Of a stretch of 64,000 nt of DNA, positions 49,171 through 59,794 are shown piece after piece; the stretch's first letter is position 1; every line of letters starts with the position of its first letter. The stretch comes from an uncultured Verrucomicrobiae bacterium (GTDB lineage: Bacteria; Verrucomicrobiota; Verrucomicrobiia; Limisphaerales; Palsa-1400). The translations under genes were made by a program, and so were the position numbers. The stretch is taken from assembly GCA_963702845.1 (NCBI GenBank), contig OY969763.1:2528001-2592000 (forward strand), in the 5' to 3' direction. The notes under the pieces were generated by a model. That model searched no databases, had not been told where the DNA came from, and was given only the letters and a program-made list of their open reading frames with translations.

Positions 49171-50820
49171 GTGAATTTTCGTAGCGTTCTTTTGCTCTGT
49201 CTTTGCTGCTTTTCCGTCCTCGCCAAAACTGAACCGCCCGCCGGCGCATCCGCTCATTATACTGCTTCCAGCGGGATGACTGATTCCAGCGCGCCGTTCA
49301 CCGACGTCGACGTTCTCTATGGTCCTCGTGAATTCCTTCATCACGTGTCACATCGATGGTTTCAATTCACCATCCGAAACAGCACCAACGTGTTGTGCTC
49401 CGTAAGGATCCTCAAAGCCGACACCCGAGCATCCCACATCGCCCGTTATCAAGTAACCGTTGGAACCGAGACCCTAGATTACCACGATGCCATCACCGGT
49501 GGAGCGTTATTGCCGGGCTGGGGAAATTTTGAAGGTTACTTTCTTCCGCAGCCAACTCACGCAACGACCTGGATCGACGGCATCCCGCGCACGTGCACCC
49601 TGCTCGGCCAATTGTTATCACTGCAAAGCAACGCCTCGACCACGGCCTGGCAGCAATGGACCAACACCAAAATTCTGTGCCTCAATCGCGAAGTTCTCGT
49701 TGGCACAGGCCGAAATTTCAAAGACGCCGAAGGACATCGTCTCCCGCAAAAACCCGAGAAACACGAATACACCTACGTGGAATTTAAAGCCGATGACTAC
49801 CGCACAATGATCGACTCGGGCATCAACCTGTTTTGGATCGCGGCACATCAGGAACAATTTGTTCGCAGCGAGCCCGTGTTTTACCTGCGGCAACCCGACG
49901 GGAACCCGTCATTGAATTTCCCAGCCGATCTTTATCGCGCAAATTATCTGGGCCACACGATGTTCGTCGATGAACCGGCGGTGTTGACCATCTTCGATCC
50001 CAAAGTGCGACTCGAAACACACAGCTATGATGCCCTTGCTTCATTAGTCGAGACGCGAACACACGCCACCTACCTCTCATCCCATTCGTATGGCGAACGC
50101 TGCCTCGAACTGATGTTCAAGAACATGGGAGTCAATTTCGGTGACATGCAACTTCTCCAGCCCGATTTCCCGGTTTGGGAAACACGATTGGAATTCGGTT
50201 TTTACGAGCTGCGCGGCGGCGGCGCAGGTATTGTTCATGAAGCTCGATACAACGTCGAGGGCTTCAATAAAGAACTAAAGGACGCGACTGGCAGGAACTG
50301 GAATTTTTCCGCCGATGATCTTCTCAAAATCCATTTCGCTGTTTTGCGCGGTGCGGCAACGCCATTCAACAAATTCTGGGGAACGGCTATTTACGGCCAG
50401 TGCGATCCCTTGCTCTCGCCGGCCGCGCTGACCACGGCCTACGATATGGGCGCGCGTTATTTCTGGTTCTGGACTTCGGATCACGATCACCATTTGCCCT
50501 GGAACGAACAGCTTACTCTCGCGCGCACATTGAAGGAGTATGCCGCCAAACATCCGCGCCAATCCATTTACGCTCCGCAGCCGAAGCGCGACGTGGCCAT
50601 TACATTGCCCGGGGGGCTCATTTTCCCGTTCGACAAGTTTGATTGGGTCGACGCTCCGAATTCACAGATGAAAGCCGCGCAGTTTGGCAAACTGCAGCGT
50701 GTCCGGCTTCAAACTTTGGAAACGATTAAGCGATGTTTGCAGCGCAATCAGCAGTTTGACGTTACCATTGACGACGGCAGACGCATCGATGGATATCGGC
50801 ACATCATTCGAATCCGCTAG
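49171..50820 (+). CDS. Hypothetical secreted protein
   Basis: GTG at 49171 with a signal-like segment MNFRSVLLLCLCCFSVLA, then a long aromatic-rich ORF with no motif I recognise. Confidence 0.7.
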   Translation: MNFRSVLLLCLCCFSVLAKTEPPAGASAHYTASSGMTDSSAPFTDVDVLYGPREFLHHVSHRWFQFTIRNSTNVLCSVRILKADTRASHIARYQVTVGTETLDYHDAITGGALLPGWGNFEGYFLPQPTHATTWIDGIPRTCTLLGQLLSLQSNASTTAWQQWTNTKILCLNREVLVGTGRNFKDAEGHRLPQKPEKHEYTYVEFKADDYRTMIDSGINLFWIAAHQEQFVRSEPVFYLRQPDGNPSLNFPADLYRANYLGHTMFVDEPAVLTIFDPKVRLETHSYDALASLVETRTHATYLSSHSYGERCLELMFKNMGVNFGDMQLLQPDFPVWETRLEFGFYELRGGGAGIVHEARYNVEGFNKELKDATGRNWNFSADDLLKIHFAVLRGAATPFNKFWGTAIYGQCDPLLSPAALTTAYDMGARYFWFWTSDHDHHLPWNEQLTLARTLKEYAAKHPRQSIYAPQPKRDVAITLPGGLIFPFDKFDWVDAPNSQMKAAQFGKLQRVRLQTLETIKRCLQRNQQFDVTIDDGRRIDGYRHIIRIR

Positions 50821-51942
50821 TTATCCGAGCCGACGCTTGAATCGAAGCGCGCTGAACATAAACAGCAGAAGGCCCATGCCGATCAAAACGACGACGTTCA
50901 CCCAGAACTCCTGCAGACTCGCCCCACGAAGCACGATCGCACGCATCAATTCGATGAAGTAAGTCGTCGGGATAAAGAAACCAATCTCGTAAAAGAACCA
51001 CGGCATCGTTTCGCGCGGGAAAATAAATCCAGAAAAGAACACCGACGGCAAAATCAGCGCCATCGACATCTGCATAGCTTGCATTTGGTTTTGCGCACGC
51101 GTGGAGACCAGCAACCCCATGCTCAACAGCGTGAACACATACACCACCGTCGCGACAAACATCGAAAGCACGCTGCCCGCAATCGGCACCAGGAACAGCC
51201 AGTGCATGATCGCGAACAGTGTCGTCGCCATGATCAGGCCGATACACATGTAAGGAGTTAATTTCCCGAGCATCAATCCCCATCGAGACACCGGGCTCAC
51301 CAACAACTGCTCTAAAGTTCCGCGTTCGCGCTCGCGCACCAGCGACATCGCGCTCGCAAAGGTCGTCGCAATTTGCAAAACAATCCCGATCACGCCCGGC
51401 ACGAAAAAGTTCGGGCTGCGCAACGCCGGGTTGTAGAGCACCTGTGGTCGCACCTCAATCGGCACCTGCGTGCGTCCGCTTTCCTGCAACAGCGCCACCA
51501 CCGATTGCCGCAATGTCACCGCCAACGCGGTATTCAAGGCCTGCAGCGCCGGCGTCGAACTTGATCCATCGATCAACACCTGCACATGCGCGGTTCGTCC
51601 CGCGTGAAGCTCTCGGGTGAAATCCGGTGGAATTTGCACGGCCGCCCAGGCTTTGCCGCGGCGCATAATCGTCCGCACATCATCCAAACTTCGCGCCTCG
51701 CCCGTGACCCGGAACGTCCCTGTATTTGCAAAGCGGTCGATCAATTGCCTGCTCTCCACGGTTCGATCCTGATCCAGCACCACCAGCGACATATTCTTGA
51801 TGTCGTTATCCAGCGCATACCCGAACGCAATCATTTCCACCAACGGCGGAAAGAACATGAAAAACAACGTCATCGGATCGCGCAGCACGGCAATGAACTC
51901 TTTGTAGAGAACCGCGACGAATCCACGAAAAGGCGGTTTCAC
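50821..51942 (-). CDS. ABC exporter permease (YbhS/YbhR-like)
   Basis: KEFIAVLRD, FVPGVIG, RERERGTLEQLLVSP and FSGFIFP. Confidence 0.92.
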   Translation of the reverse strand: MKPPFRGFVAVLYKEFIAVLRDPMTLFFMFFPPLVEMIAFGYALDNDIKNMSLVVLDQDRTVESRQLIDRFANTGTFRVTGEARSLDDVRTIMRRGKAWAAVQIPPDFTRELHAGRTAHVQVLIDGSSSTPALQALNTALAVTLRQSVVALLQESGRTQVPIEVRPQVLYNPALRSPNFFVPGVIGIVLQIATTFASAMSLVRERERGTLEQLLVSPVSRWGLMLGKLTPYMCIGLIMATTLFAIMHWLFLVPIAGSVLSMFVATVVYVFTLLSMGLLVSTRAQNQMQAMQMSMALILPSVFFSGFIFPRETMPWFFYEIGFFIPTTYFIELMRAIVLRGASLQEFWVNVVVLIGMGLLLFMFSALRFKRRLG

Positions 51943-52904
51943 GCGGCCGCCTCCTGCAATTCGCGATCACGATTCGCAGTGAGCGCGACAAAAACATCCT
52001 CAAGCGACGGCGAAATCTGCCGGATATCAACGTGAGTGATGTTCGCGCGGGTGAGTTCGGTTCGAATCAAGTCGTCGGGCACTGATTCATCAACGAGGAG
52101 ACGCATCGATTGCCCAAACACCGTCGACGTCCTCACGCCCTTCAAACGATGCACGATTTGCAACGCTTTCGTCACGTGCTCGCACGTCACATCCAGCCGT
52201 TTCGTTCCCGGCGGATTTACCTCGGGCAAGTTCTTCAAATCATCCGGCAAGCCGCACACGATGAGCTTGGACATGTGAATGTAACCAACGTGCGTGCATC
52301 GCTCCGCTTCGTCCATGTAATGTGTCGTAACGAACAGCGTCATGCCGCGACTGGAAAATTCGAACAACAAATCCCAAAGTTCACGACGCGCCACCGGATC
52401 GATACCAGCGGTCGGTTCATCAAGAAACAACACCTGTGGATCGTGTAACAGTGAACACGCCATCGCGAGCCGCTGGCGCCAACCGCCGGACAATTGCGCT
52501 GCTCGCCGCCGCAGAAAAGGCTCCAGATGCGTCAGCTTGATGAATTGATCGCGCTTTTGCGCCAATGCGTTTCCGCGCAGTCCATAAAGCCGCCCGTAAA
52601 ACGTCAGGTTTTCGTAAACGGTCAGTTCGTCGTACAACGAGAACTGCTGCGACATATAACCGATGATCGGTTTGATCTCGTCGGTTTGCTGGGTGACATC
52701 GTAACCGGCGATTTTTGCGAAACCTTCCGTTGGCTTAAGCAACCCGCACAACATCCGAATGACCGTGGATTTACCGGAGCCGTTAGGACCGAGGAATCCA
52801 AAAATCGAGCCGGCCGCAATCTTGAACGACACATGGTCAACGGCCGTAAAATGACCGAACCGCTTGGTCAGCCCGTCACATTCGATCATCGTCTCGCCGG
52901 CCAT
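51939..52904 (-). CDS. ABC exporter ATP-binding protein (YbhF-like, single NBD)
   Basis: GPNGSGKST, LSGGWRQR, FLDEPTAGIDP and TTHYMDEAE. Confidence 0.93.
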   Translation of the reverse strand: MAGETMIECDGLTKRFGHFTAVDHVSFKIAAGSIFGFLGPNGSGKSTVIRMLCGLLKPTEGFAKIAGYDVTQQTDEIKPIIGYMSQQFSLYDELTVYENLTFYGRLYGLRGNALAQKRDQFIKLTHLEPFLRRRAAQLSGGWRQRLAMACSLLHDPQVLFLDEPTAGIDPVARRELWDLLFEFSSRGMTLFVTTHYMDEAERCTHVGYIHMSKLIVCGLPDDLKNLPEVNPPGTKRLDVTCEHVTKALQIVHRLKGVRTSTVFGQSMRLLVDESVPDDLIRTELTRANITHVDIRQISPSLEDVFVALTANRDRELQEAAA

Positions 52905-52910
52905 AAAAAA

Positions 52911-53837
52911 TTAGCGCAAGCGCTCGGGAACATTCGGAAAGGTCGCATCAACTGACATCCCGGGCCGCAGCTCAGCAACTGGCTCCAGGCGGATTTTTAT
53001 CCCGAAGGTTTGCTTTATCCGCTCCTCAACCGTCTGCACATTGCGCGGCGTAAACTCTGCCACGCGCGCGATTTGTTCTACAGTTCCGTTAAACGTCTTA
53101 TTGGGAAACGAATCGACCGTCACCTTTACGGCTTCACCGACTTTAATGTAGCCGAGCCATGTTTCCGGAACGTACACACGCACCCATACATCATTGGCCA
53201 AAACAAGCGTCGCCACCTCACGATTGGGACCCAGGACATCTCCAACCTTCACGCTCAACACCTCCAAAATCGTGTTCGTCGGCGAATAAATGCGCATTTC
53301 ACGCACTTGCGTTTGCAACTCCGCCACATCCGCTTTCGCCTGCGCAATGACTTCCGCTCGCGTCCCGGCTTCGAGCAATTCCAATCTGCTTTTCGCCGCT
53401 GCCGCAGTCTTCTCCAATGAATTCACGCGATTAGCGGCGCGGTCATATTCTTCCGGCGAAATCGTGTGTTGCGCAATCAACTCAGCACTGCGCTTCTCCT
53501 CTTTGCCCGCCAGGTCCAACTCCGTCGTTTGCGCTTCCCATTCGCTCTTGGCCGTTGCGATTTCCTGGGGGCGCGGTCCGGCAATCAACTCCTGAAGTCG
53601 CGCATTGGCCCGATCCAACCGCGCCTGCAACTCGTTAGCTTCGAGTTGAACAATCAATTCCCCGGTCTTGAGGGAATCACCTTCGCCCGCGAAGATTTTT
53701 TCCACGCGACCGCCATACCGCGATGCAACGTGAACTTCATCCGTCTCGATCGTCCCTGAAACCGATTCGGTGCGATGAGGAGCGCATGAAACAAGGCAAA
53801 GCGCCGCGCTCAAACAAAGGATTGTTCTGCACACCAT
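52911..53837 (-). CDS. HlyD/YbhG-like membrane fusion lipoprotein
   Basis: ATG at 53837, lipobox LVSC, SGTIE...VASRYGGRV and AEFTPRNVQT. Confidence 0.9.
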   Translation of the reverse strand: MVCRTILCLSAALCLVSCAPHRTESVSGTIETDEVHVASRYGGRVEKIFAGEGDSLKTGELIVQLEANELQARLDRANARLQELIAGPRPQEIATAKSEWEAQTTELDLAGKEEKRSAELIAQHTISPEEYDRAANRVNSLEKTAAAAKSRLELLEAGTRAEVIAQAKADVAELQTQVREMRIYSPTNTILEVLSVKVGDVLGPNREVATLVLANDVWVRVYVPETWLGYIKVGEAVKVTVDSFPNKTFNGTVEQIARVAEFTPRNVQTVEERIKQTFGIKIRLEPVAELRPGMSVDATFPNVPERLR

Positions 53838-53895
53838 CCCTACGTCATGCCACGGATTGAGGAAAAATACAGGACGTTTTGTGCTGCAGTCCAAT

Positions 53896-54276
53896 CTACT
53901 TGGAATCGTTATTGGATCGGCGGAGCCCTTCCACCACACCCTCGGTCGCGGCTCGTGAAATGGTTTTAACAGCGTCTTGCGTGTTTTCAGCCATGTAATT
54001 AATGGCGTCTTTAGCAACTGGCGCTTCTTCAGCCATAAAGTAGCGAGTCACCGCGCCGAGGAATCCGAACTGGCACATGACACCTCCGACAAACAGAATC
54101 GGCATGCCAACGAAGCAGCACCAAAAATATTTCGGCGCTCCACCGCCACTGAACGCACTGAAGAAACTGATCATGCCCGTCGCCATCAGGATCACACCAA
54201 TGCCCACCAACACAACTCCACCAGCGCGAAGAAAACTGCGCGCCTTGTTATGATTAGGCGATTCAATTGGGTTCAT
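53896..54276 (-). CDS. Small hypothetical membrane protein
   Basis: Two TM segments followed by an amphipathic tail (APVAKDAINYMAE). Confidence 0.75.
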   Translation of the reverse strand: MNPIESPNHNKARSFLRAGGVVLVGIGVILMATGMISFFSAFSGGGAPKYFWCCFVGMPILFVGGVMCQFGFLGAVTRYFMAEEAPVAKDAINYMAENTQDAVKTISRAATEGVVEGLRRSNNDSK

Positions 54277-54319
54277 GCGGGAAAGCTAATCTTGTACATT
54301 AAAAAGGAAAAGCAGGATT

Positions 54320-55033
54320 CTAGCTGAGCGACTTTAGCAAATTGCCCGGAAGGTCAGGATCGCCAATCGAAAAGATCCGCTCCGACAAATCGTTCAAAGC
54401 CATGCGCGTGCTTTCAAAACGCGCGGAAAGCGTTTCGAAAATCGGCGCGAGATCATATTTTTGAGCTAACCGATGACTGCTCGCTGCGTGATAATTCGCC
54501 CGGCCCATGTCTTCATAATAGCGCAAGCTCGGAAACCCGCGCCTCTCACATCGTTCGCGAATCCGATCCGGAAAAACGCCGGACATAAAAAGCGATTGAT
54601 TGCCGATGTGCGCGCGGATGCAAAAACTCGTGCGATCATCTGCCGTCTGCAACGCGGCAAGCATTTCGAAAAAGTAATCCAAAGGCTTGTCGCTCCCCGG
54701 CAGAATGCAGCGCCTGTTCTGCTGATGCGAAAACTCACTCAAGACTTCAGCGACATAATCGGCGACCTGCCGATCCTCAATCCCAGCTTCTTTCAAGACG
54801 TGCCGCACTAAAACGTAAAAATAAAAATGCGCCGACACTCGAAGGCATCGGCGCTGTTCCAGCAAAGCCCGGAACAAATCGTCATCATCTAAAATTAGAT
54901 CTCGTGCCTCCGGGTCGGTCAGGAGAGAAACCAGCGAAGGGGCGGCGCTTCCTTTGCTCGCGAGAACTGACGAGATAAAAGCTATATCTTCCGCCGTAAA
55001 TTGCACCCGGCAATTAGGCTGAATCACTTTCAT
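54320..55033 (-). CDS. Hypothetical protein
   Basis: 237-aa ORF with natural composition (HIGNQSLFMSGVFPD, YYEDMGRANY); no function recognised. Confidence 0.75.
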   Translation of the reverse strand: MKVIQPNCRVQFTAEDIAFISSVLASKGSAAPSLVSLLTDPEARDLILDDDDLFRALLEQRRCLRVSAHFYFYVLVRHVLKEAGIEDRQVADYVAEVLSEFSHQQNRRCILPGSDKPLDYFFEMLAALQTADDRTSFCIRAHIGNQSLFMSGVFPDRIRERCERRGFPSLRYYEDMGRANYHAASSHRLAQKYDLAPIFETLSARFESTRMALNDLSERIFSIGDPDLPGNLLKSLS

Positions 55034-55288
55034 AATACTGCAATCAGCAACTTCGATTCCAAGTTATTGGCTGGAAGAATATCATCCATAAGCGCGACTA
55101 AATTGGAAGGAAAAACTGTCCCGAACTCGTTTTTTTGACACTTACGCGGCCCTTCATACGAAACTACTTCTGCATTAAGTTACCCCGCTCAGCGCAGCGC
55201 TTCAACTGGAGCCCTGTATCCGTAAGAGCCCTTATATGCGACAGCTTGCAATTGCATCCACCTTCACCAACCGCCAAACTCCTATAAA

Positions 55289-56155
55289 ATGAACACCGAA
55301 CCCGCATTCATCCGCGCCCGCTCGCGACGGCAGGTGATGGACTGGGGTTTGGTCCTGACAAGCCAGGGTATTGAAGCTGCCATCGTGCGCGAAGAAGACT
55401 CCTGGGCTCTTGCCATTGACCCACGCGACTACGAGCGCGCCGTCAAAGTCGTCAATCAATACGTCGCCGAAAATCGCGGTTGGAAATGGCAGCACAGCCT
55501 GCCCGGCTCCGATTTGTTCTTTCATTGGGGCAGTTTACTTTGGGCGCTCGCCGTCGGCGCCATTTACTACTGGAGTATGGTCCTGTTCCCGCAAATGAAA
55601 ATGGCCGGAGCAATGGATAGCGAACTCGTCCGCGCCGGCCAATGGTGGCGACTCTTCACTGCCGTCACCCTGCATGCCGATATGAGCCACCTCATGGCCA
55701 ACATGACAACGGGAATTATCCTCCTCGGTTTCGCCATGGCCCGATTCGGTCCCGGCCCAGCCGTGCTCGCGACCTATCTCGCAGGCGTCCTCGGAAACGT
55801 CGCTGGTCTATACCTCTACCGGGCCGATCACCGCTCCCTCGGCGCCTCAGGCATGGTCATGGCGGCGTTGGGAATCCTAGCCGTGCAGTCATTTTCGTTG
55901 TGGCACAAGGACCGCAGCTTTCGCCAACTAATTGCCCGCGCATTTTTCGCCTCACTTCTGATTCTAATTCTGATTGGAACATCGCCCGAAAGCGACGTCA
56001 TCGCGCACTTCGGCGGATTCTTCGCCGGTGCAATTTTTGGTTACGCGCTGAGTTGGATTGATCCCCGTCGCCTGAAAGTATTCGGAGTCAACTTTGTCTG
56101 CGTATGCCTCACCATGGTGCTCGTCGCCATCACTTGGTGGAAAGCAAAGGGATAG
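55289..56155 (+). CDS. Rhomboid family intramembrane serine protease
   Basis: WWRLFTA..LH, HLMAN, GASG catalytic Ser and AHFGG catalytic His. Confidence 0.93.
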   Translation: MNTEPAFIRARSRRQVMDWGLVLTSQGIEAAIVREEDSWALAIDPRDYERAVKVVNQYVAENRGWKWQHSLPGSDLFFHWGSLLWALAVGAIYYWSMVLFPQMKMAGAMDSELVRAGQWWRLFTAVTLHADMSHLMANMTTGIILLGFAMARFGPGPAVLATYLAGVLGNVAGLYLYRADHRSLGASGMVMAALGILAVQSFSLWHKDRSFRQLIARAFFASLLILILIGTSPESDVIAHFGGFFAGAIFGYALSWIDPRRLKVFGVNFVCVCLTMVLVAITWWKAKG

Positions 56156-56197
56156 CATTGACGCCCCAGCCCAATCGCGATTCAATGCGATTTCGTC

Positions 56198-57496
56198 ATG
56201 ACGCCCCATTTTCACATCTCACGCCGACGCTTCCTCAAAACAACCGCCATCGTCTCGGCCAGTCTTGGCTTACCCGGATGGTTTGTTGAAGAAGCTGCTG
56301 CGGCACGACGGCACACGAAAAAACTCGGGCCTAACGAACGACCGAACATCGCCTTAATCGGCTGCGGCACCCGCGGCAAAGTCATCGGCAAGGAATCATC
56401 TCATCACGGCGATATAGTGACGATTTGCGATGTGGACGATTCACATCTCGCCGCCGCACAGAAGCAATATCCGAACGCAACCCCCTGCAAAGATTTCCGC
56501 AAAATTCTCGAGCGCGACGACATTCACGTCATCGTCAACGCCACACCCGACCACTGGCACACCCTCATCAATATTGCCGCCATCAATGCCGGCAAAGATA
56601 TCTATAGCGAAAAACCTCTGACCCTCACCATTGACGAAGGCCGTCACCTCGTAAACGCCGTCGACAAAACCAAACGCATTCTCCAAACCGGCAGCCAGCA
56701 GCGCAGCGATAAACGTTTCCGGCTCGCCTGCGAGCTTGTTCGCAACGGTCGAATCGGAAAACTCACACACATCATCACCAGCATTCCCACCGGCCCGCAT
56801 GAAGGACCATTTGCCACCGCCCCTGTTCCCGTCGGCCTCGATTGGGACATGTGGCAAGGCCAGACAAAAGCGATCGAATACGTCCCCGAGCGCTGCCACC
56901 GTTCATTCCGGTACTGGTTTGAATATTCCGGCGGCATGATGACCGATTGGGGCGCGCACCATAACGACATCGCGCAATGGGCAAACGGCACCGAACGCAC
57001 CGGCCCGATCGAAATCGAAGGCAAATCCCTCCTCGAAATGATTCCTGGCGGTTACACGACCCCGTCACAATTCCGCGTTAAATACACCTACGCAAATGGC
57101 GTGAAACTCACCTGTAAAAACGCCGTACCGGACAACAGCACGAATGGGGTCACCTTCGAAGGCACCAACGGTTGGATCTTCGTTTCACGCAGAGAAATCA
57201 GGGCAAGCGACCCCGAATTCTTGACCCAACCGCTTCCCGCCAACGCCGTTCGCCTCTATCACAGCGAAAATCACATGCAGAACTTCTTCGACTGTATCCG
57301 CTCGCGCAAACAACCGATCTGCGAAGCGGAAATCGGCCATCGTTCCGTATCTGTCTGCCACCTTGGCGTCCTCTCCATGCGCCTTGGCCGCAAACTAAAG
57401 TGGGACCCGAAACACGAAAAGTTCATCGACGACAAAGACGCCAACAAATGGCTCTCACGCGAAATGCGCAAACCATTCGATTATAGTCTCACCTAG
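56198..57496 (+). CDS. Tat-exported Gfo/Idh/MocA oxidoreductase
   Basis: SRRRFLK Tat motif, IGCG, ATPDHWH, EKP and DWGAHHND. Confidence 0.93.
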   Translation: MTPHFHISRRRFLKTTAIVSASLGLPGWFVEEAAAARRHTKKLGPNERPNIALIGCGTRGKVIGKESSHHGDIVTICDVDDSHLAAAQKQYPNATPCKDFRKILERDDIHVIVNATPDHWHTLINIAAINAGKDIYSEKPLTLTIDEGRHLVNAVDKTKRILQTGSQQRSDKRFRLACELVRNGRIGKLTHIITSIPTGPHEGPFATAPVPVGLDWDMWQGQTKAIEYVPERCHRSFRYWFEYSGGMMTDWGAHHNDIAQWANGTERTGPIEIEGKSLLEMIPGGYTTPSQFRVKYTYANGVKLTCKNAVPDNSTNGVTFEGTNGWIFVSRREIRASDPEFLTQPLPANAVRLYHSENHMQNFFDCIRSRKQPICEAEIGHRSVSVCHLGVLSMRLGRKLKWDPKHEKFIDDKDANKWLSREMRKPFDYSLT

Positions 57497-57545
57497 TCCG
57501 TAGCCGCCAACGTGAGGAGGTGGAACTTTCTCACGACAAACGAGA

Positions 57546-58627
57546 CTAAGCAGCCTCTGCCTTGATCGGCAGCCGGACCGTAAAGGTCGTCATTGGCTCG
57601 GGCAACGAATGCACCGCAATGGTCCCCCCATGCGCGTGAACAATCCACTGCGCGATACTCAATCCAAGACCGCACCCATCTAAGAACTGTTGTGACTCGC
57701 ATCGCCGCGAAAAAAACGATCGAAGACCCGCTGTTGTAATATCCGGCGCAATCCCCAGCCCGGTATTCGCGATTTCAAACTCTACCGCGCCGTCCAACAC
57801 TTGCGCAGTTGCATATTCACCACGCCGACGCCGTTTCCGACATTATACTTCACCGCATTGTCCGAAAGGTTCAACAACAACTGCCGTAACCGGTGCCGGT
57901 CCCCCATCAAACTCACCTGCTCCACTTTCCCAAGACAAACCTGCACATCGCGCGCTTGGGCAAAATTTTCGCGTCCTCAAAACAATCCCGCACCAACTCA
58001 TCCAATTGCACCAGCTCTCAAAATCCAGCGTAATCTGACCTGCGTCCGCCTTCGTCAGAAGCGTCAAACCATCGACAATTTTCGTCAGTCGCAATACCTC
58101 ATCCAATTCACTTAAAAGCCGTTCGCGCTGTTCATCGCCGACCTTCGTTTGCAACATCGCCGTCTCCAACTCACCGCTCATCACCGTAAGGGGAGTTTTC
58201 AACTCATGCGAAGCGTGCAAAGTAAATTCTCGAATCTGTTGAAACGAATTCTCCAAGACGAGCCAATCATCGAGTTGAAAACTTCCGTCAACCGATCAAG
58301 TTCATCGCCATTTCCCGTGCGAGTCAACCGACTGATGCAGATTGCGCTCATCAATTTTCGCCGCCGCAGTTGTGATTTCTGTGACAGGCTCCAATGACTT
58401 CTTCATCATGAACCATCCGCCAGCAATTCCCACCAATGCCGCCGGCAAACCGCACCATGCAATAATCGCCACAACATCTTCCCAACCTTCAGCATCGTTA
58501 TCGGCTTCGCCGTCGACGCCCGCGCCTTTTCAATCACCAGTTCGTGATACGAAAGCGCGCCGATCAGCAAAAGCGAAACAAAAAGAATCGCCGAATACCA
58601 AACAGTGAGTTTTGTGCGGATCGTCAT
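57546..58627 (-). pseudogene. HAMP/HisKA sensor histidine kinase, multiply frameshifted as sequenced
   Basis: Fragments MTIRTKLTVWY, ASHELKTPLT (H box) and GCGLGLSIAQWIVHAHGG (G2 box) lie in different frames. Confidence 0.82.
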
Positions 58628-58634
58628 GGGACAC

Positions 58635-59300
58635 TCACTCCTTAATCACATAACCAACCCCGCGAACGGTATGCAGCAATTTGATTTCAAACCCATCATC
58701 CACTTTTCTCGCAACCGCTTAACGTAAACATCCACCAGGTTCGTCCCTGGATCGAAATTGTAGTCCCAAACTTTTTCGAGGATCGCCATGCGTCCGCAAA
58801 TCCGCCAGGCGTGCGCATTAAAAATTCAACAATCGATATTCCCGCGCCGTTAATTCGATTTTTCGCTCACCGCGCCGCGCCAGATGCGTGACTGTATCGA
58901 ACACCAGATCACGAACACGCAACTGCAACGTCACCGGTTCATTCGCGCGACGCCCCAGCGCACGAACCCGCGCAATCAATTCCGCAAGAGCAAACGGTTT
59001 TGGAAGGTAATCATCCGCCCCGGCATTCAACCCATCCACCCGCTCGTTCACCTGTCCTCGGGCTGACAGCAGGAGAACGGGCGTCAAATTTTTCTGTTCG
59101 CGAAGTTGCCGGAGCACGCTTAATCCATCGCGCCCCGGCAACATAATATCCATCACGATAGCATCAAACGGCGTTGAGTTCGCCATCACCAGCGCTTCAT
59201 TGCCGTCGCCGGTGACATCCACCGCAAAGCTCTCCGCTTGGAGCGCTTTGCGGATAAACGACGCCGTTTTCCGCTCATCTTCAACGACCAAAACGCGCAT
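58635..59300 (-). CDS. OmpR-family response regulator (CusR/CzcR-like), frameshifted near 58.8 kb
   Basis: MRVLVVEDE, DIMLPGRDG and GADDYLPKPF. The C-terminus LLHTVRGVGYVIKE* is recoverable, with stop at 58635-58637. Confidence 0.88.
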
Positions 59301-59342
59301 AAGCGGATTTTAATGACGGAATCAGACGAATAGAAAGCAGGA

Positions 59343-59710
59343 TTACTTCTTTTCATCCTTCTCGTCATCGTCTTCCTTATCTTTCTTATTCTTCTTACCT
59401 TCGTGCTTGGCCTCGTTGGCCTCATCCTTAGGCGTTTCGATTTCCTTGCGACACTTCGCCGGTATTCGCGTCAACATGCACTTCAGTAATATTCGCAGTT
59501 CCAGCCGTAGCGACATCGAAGGACCAAATCAAACGTCCATGTTCCTTCTCAAGCTCGCCTTCCTTCACCGTTCCGCCAGGAACCTGGGCTCACGCGGCAG
59601 CGAGTCGCTTCTTCTTTGCTGATCTTAGCGTGATAATGATGATGAGTCTCGCAGCCAGTGCCGATCAAGGCCGCCGCCGCCAACGTGCAAAATGCGATTT
59701 TCAAGTTCAT
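59343..59710 (-). CDS. PepSY-like lipoprotein, frameshifted as sequenced
   Basis: Lipobox GTGC and AKISKEEA. A shifted frame gives PGGTVKEGELEKEHGRLIWSFDV...EVHVDANTGEV, followed by a charged tail. Confidence 0.7.
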
Positions 59711-59794
59711 AGTTTTTTGTATAACTGACACCTAACAGTAAACCGAATTTGCATTTAACGCGCATGAATCGACTATGACAAATCGTCATGCCTA

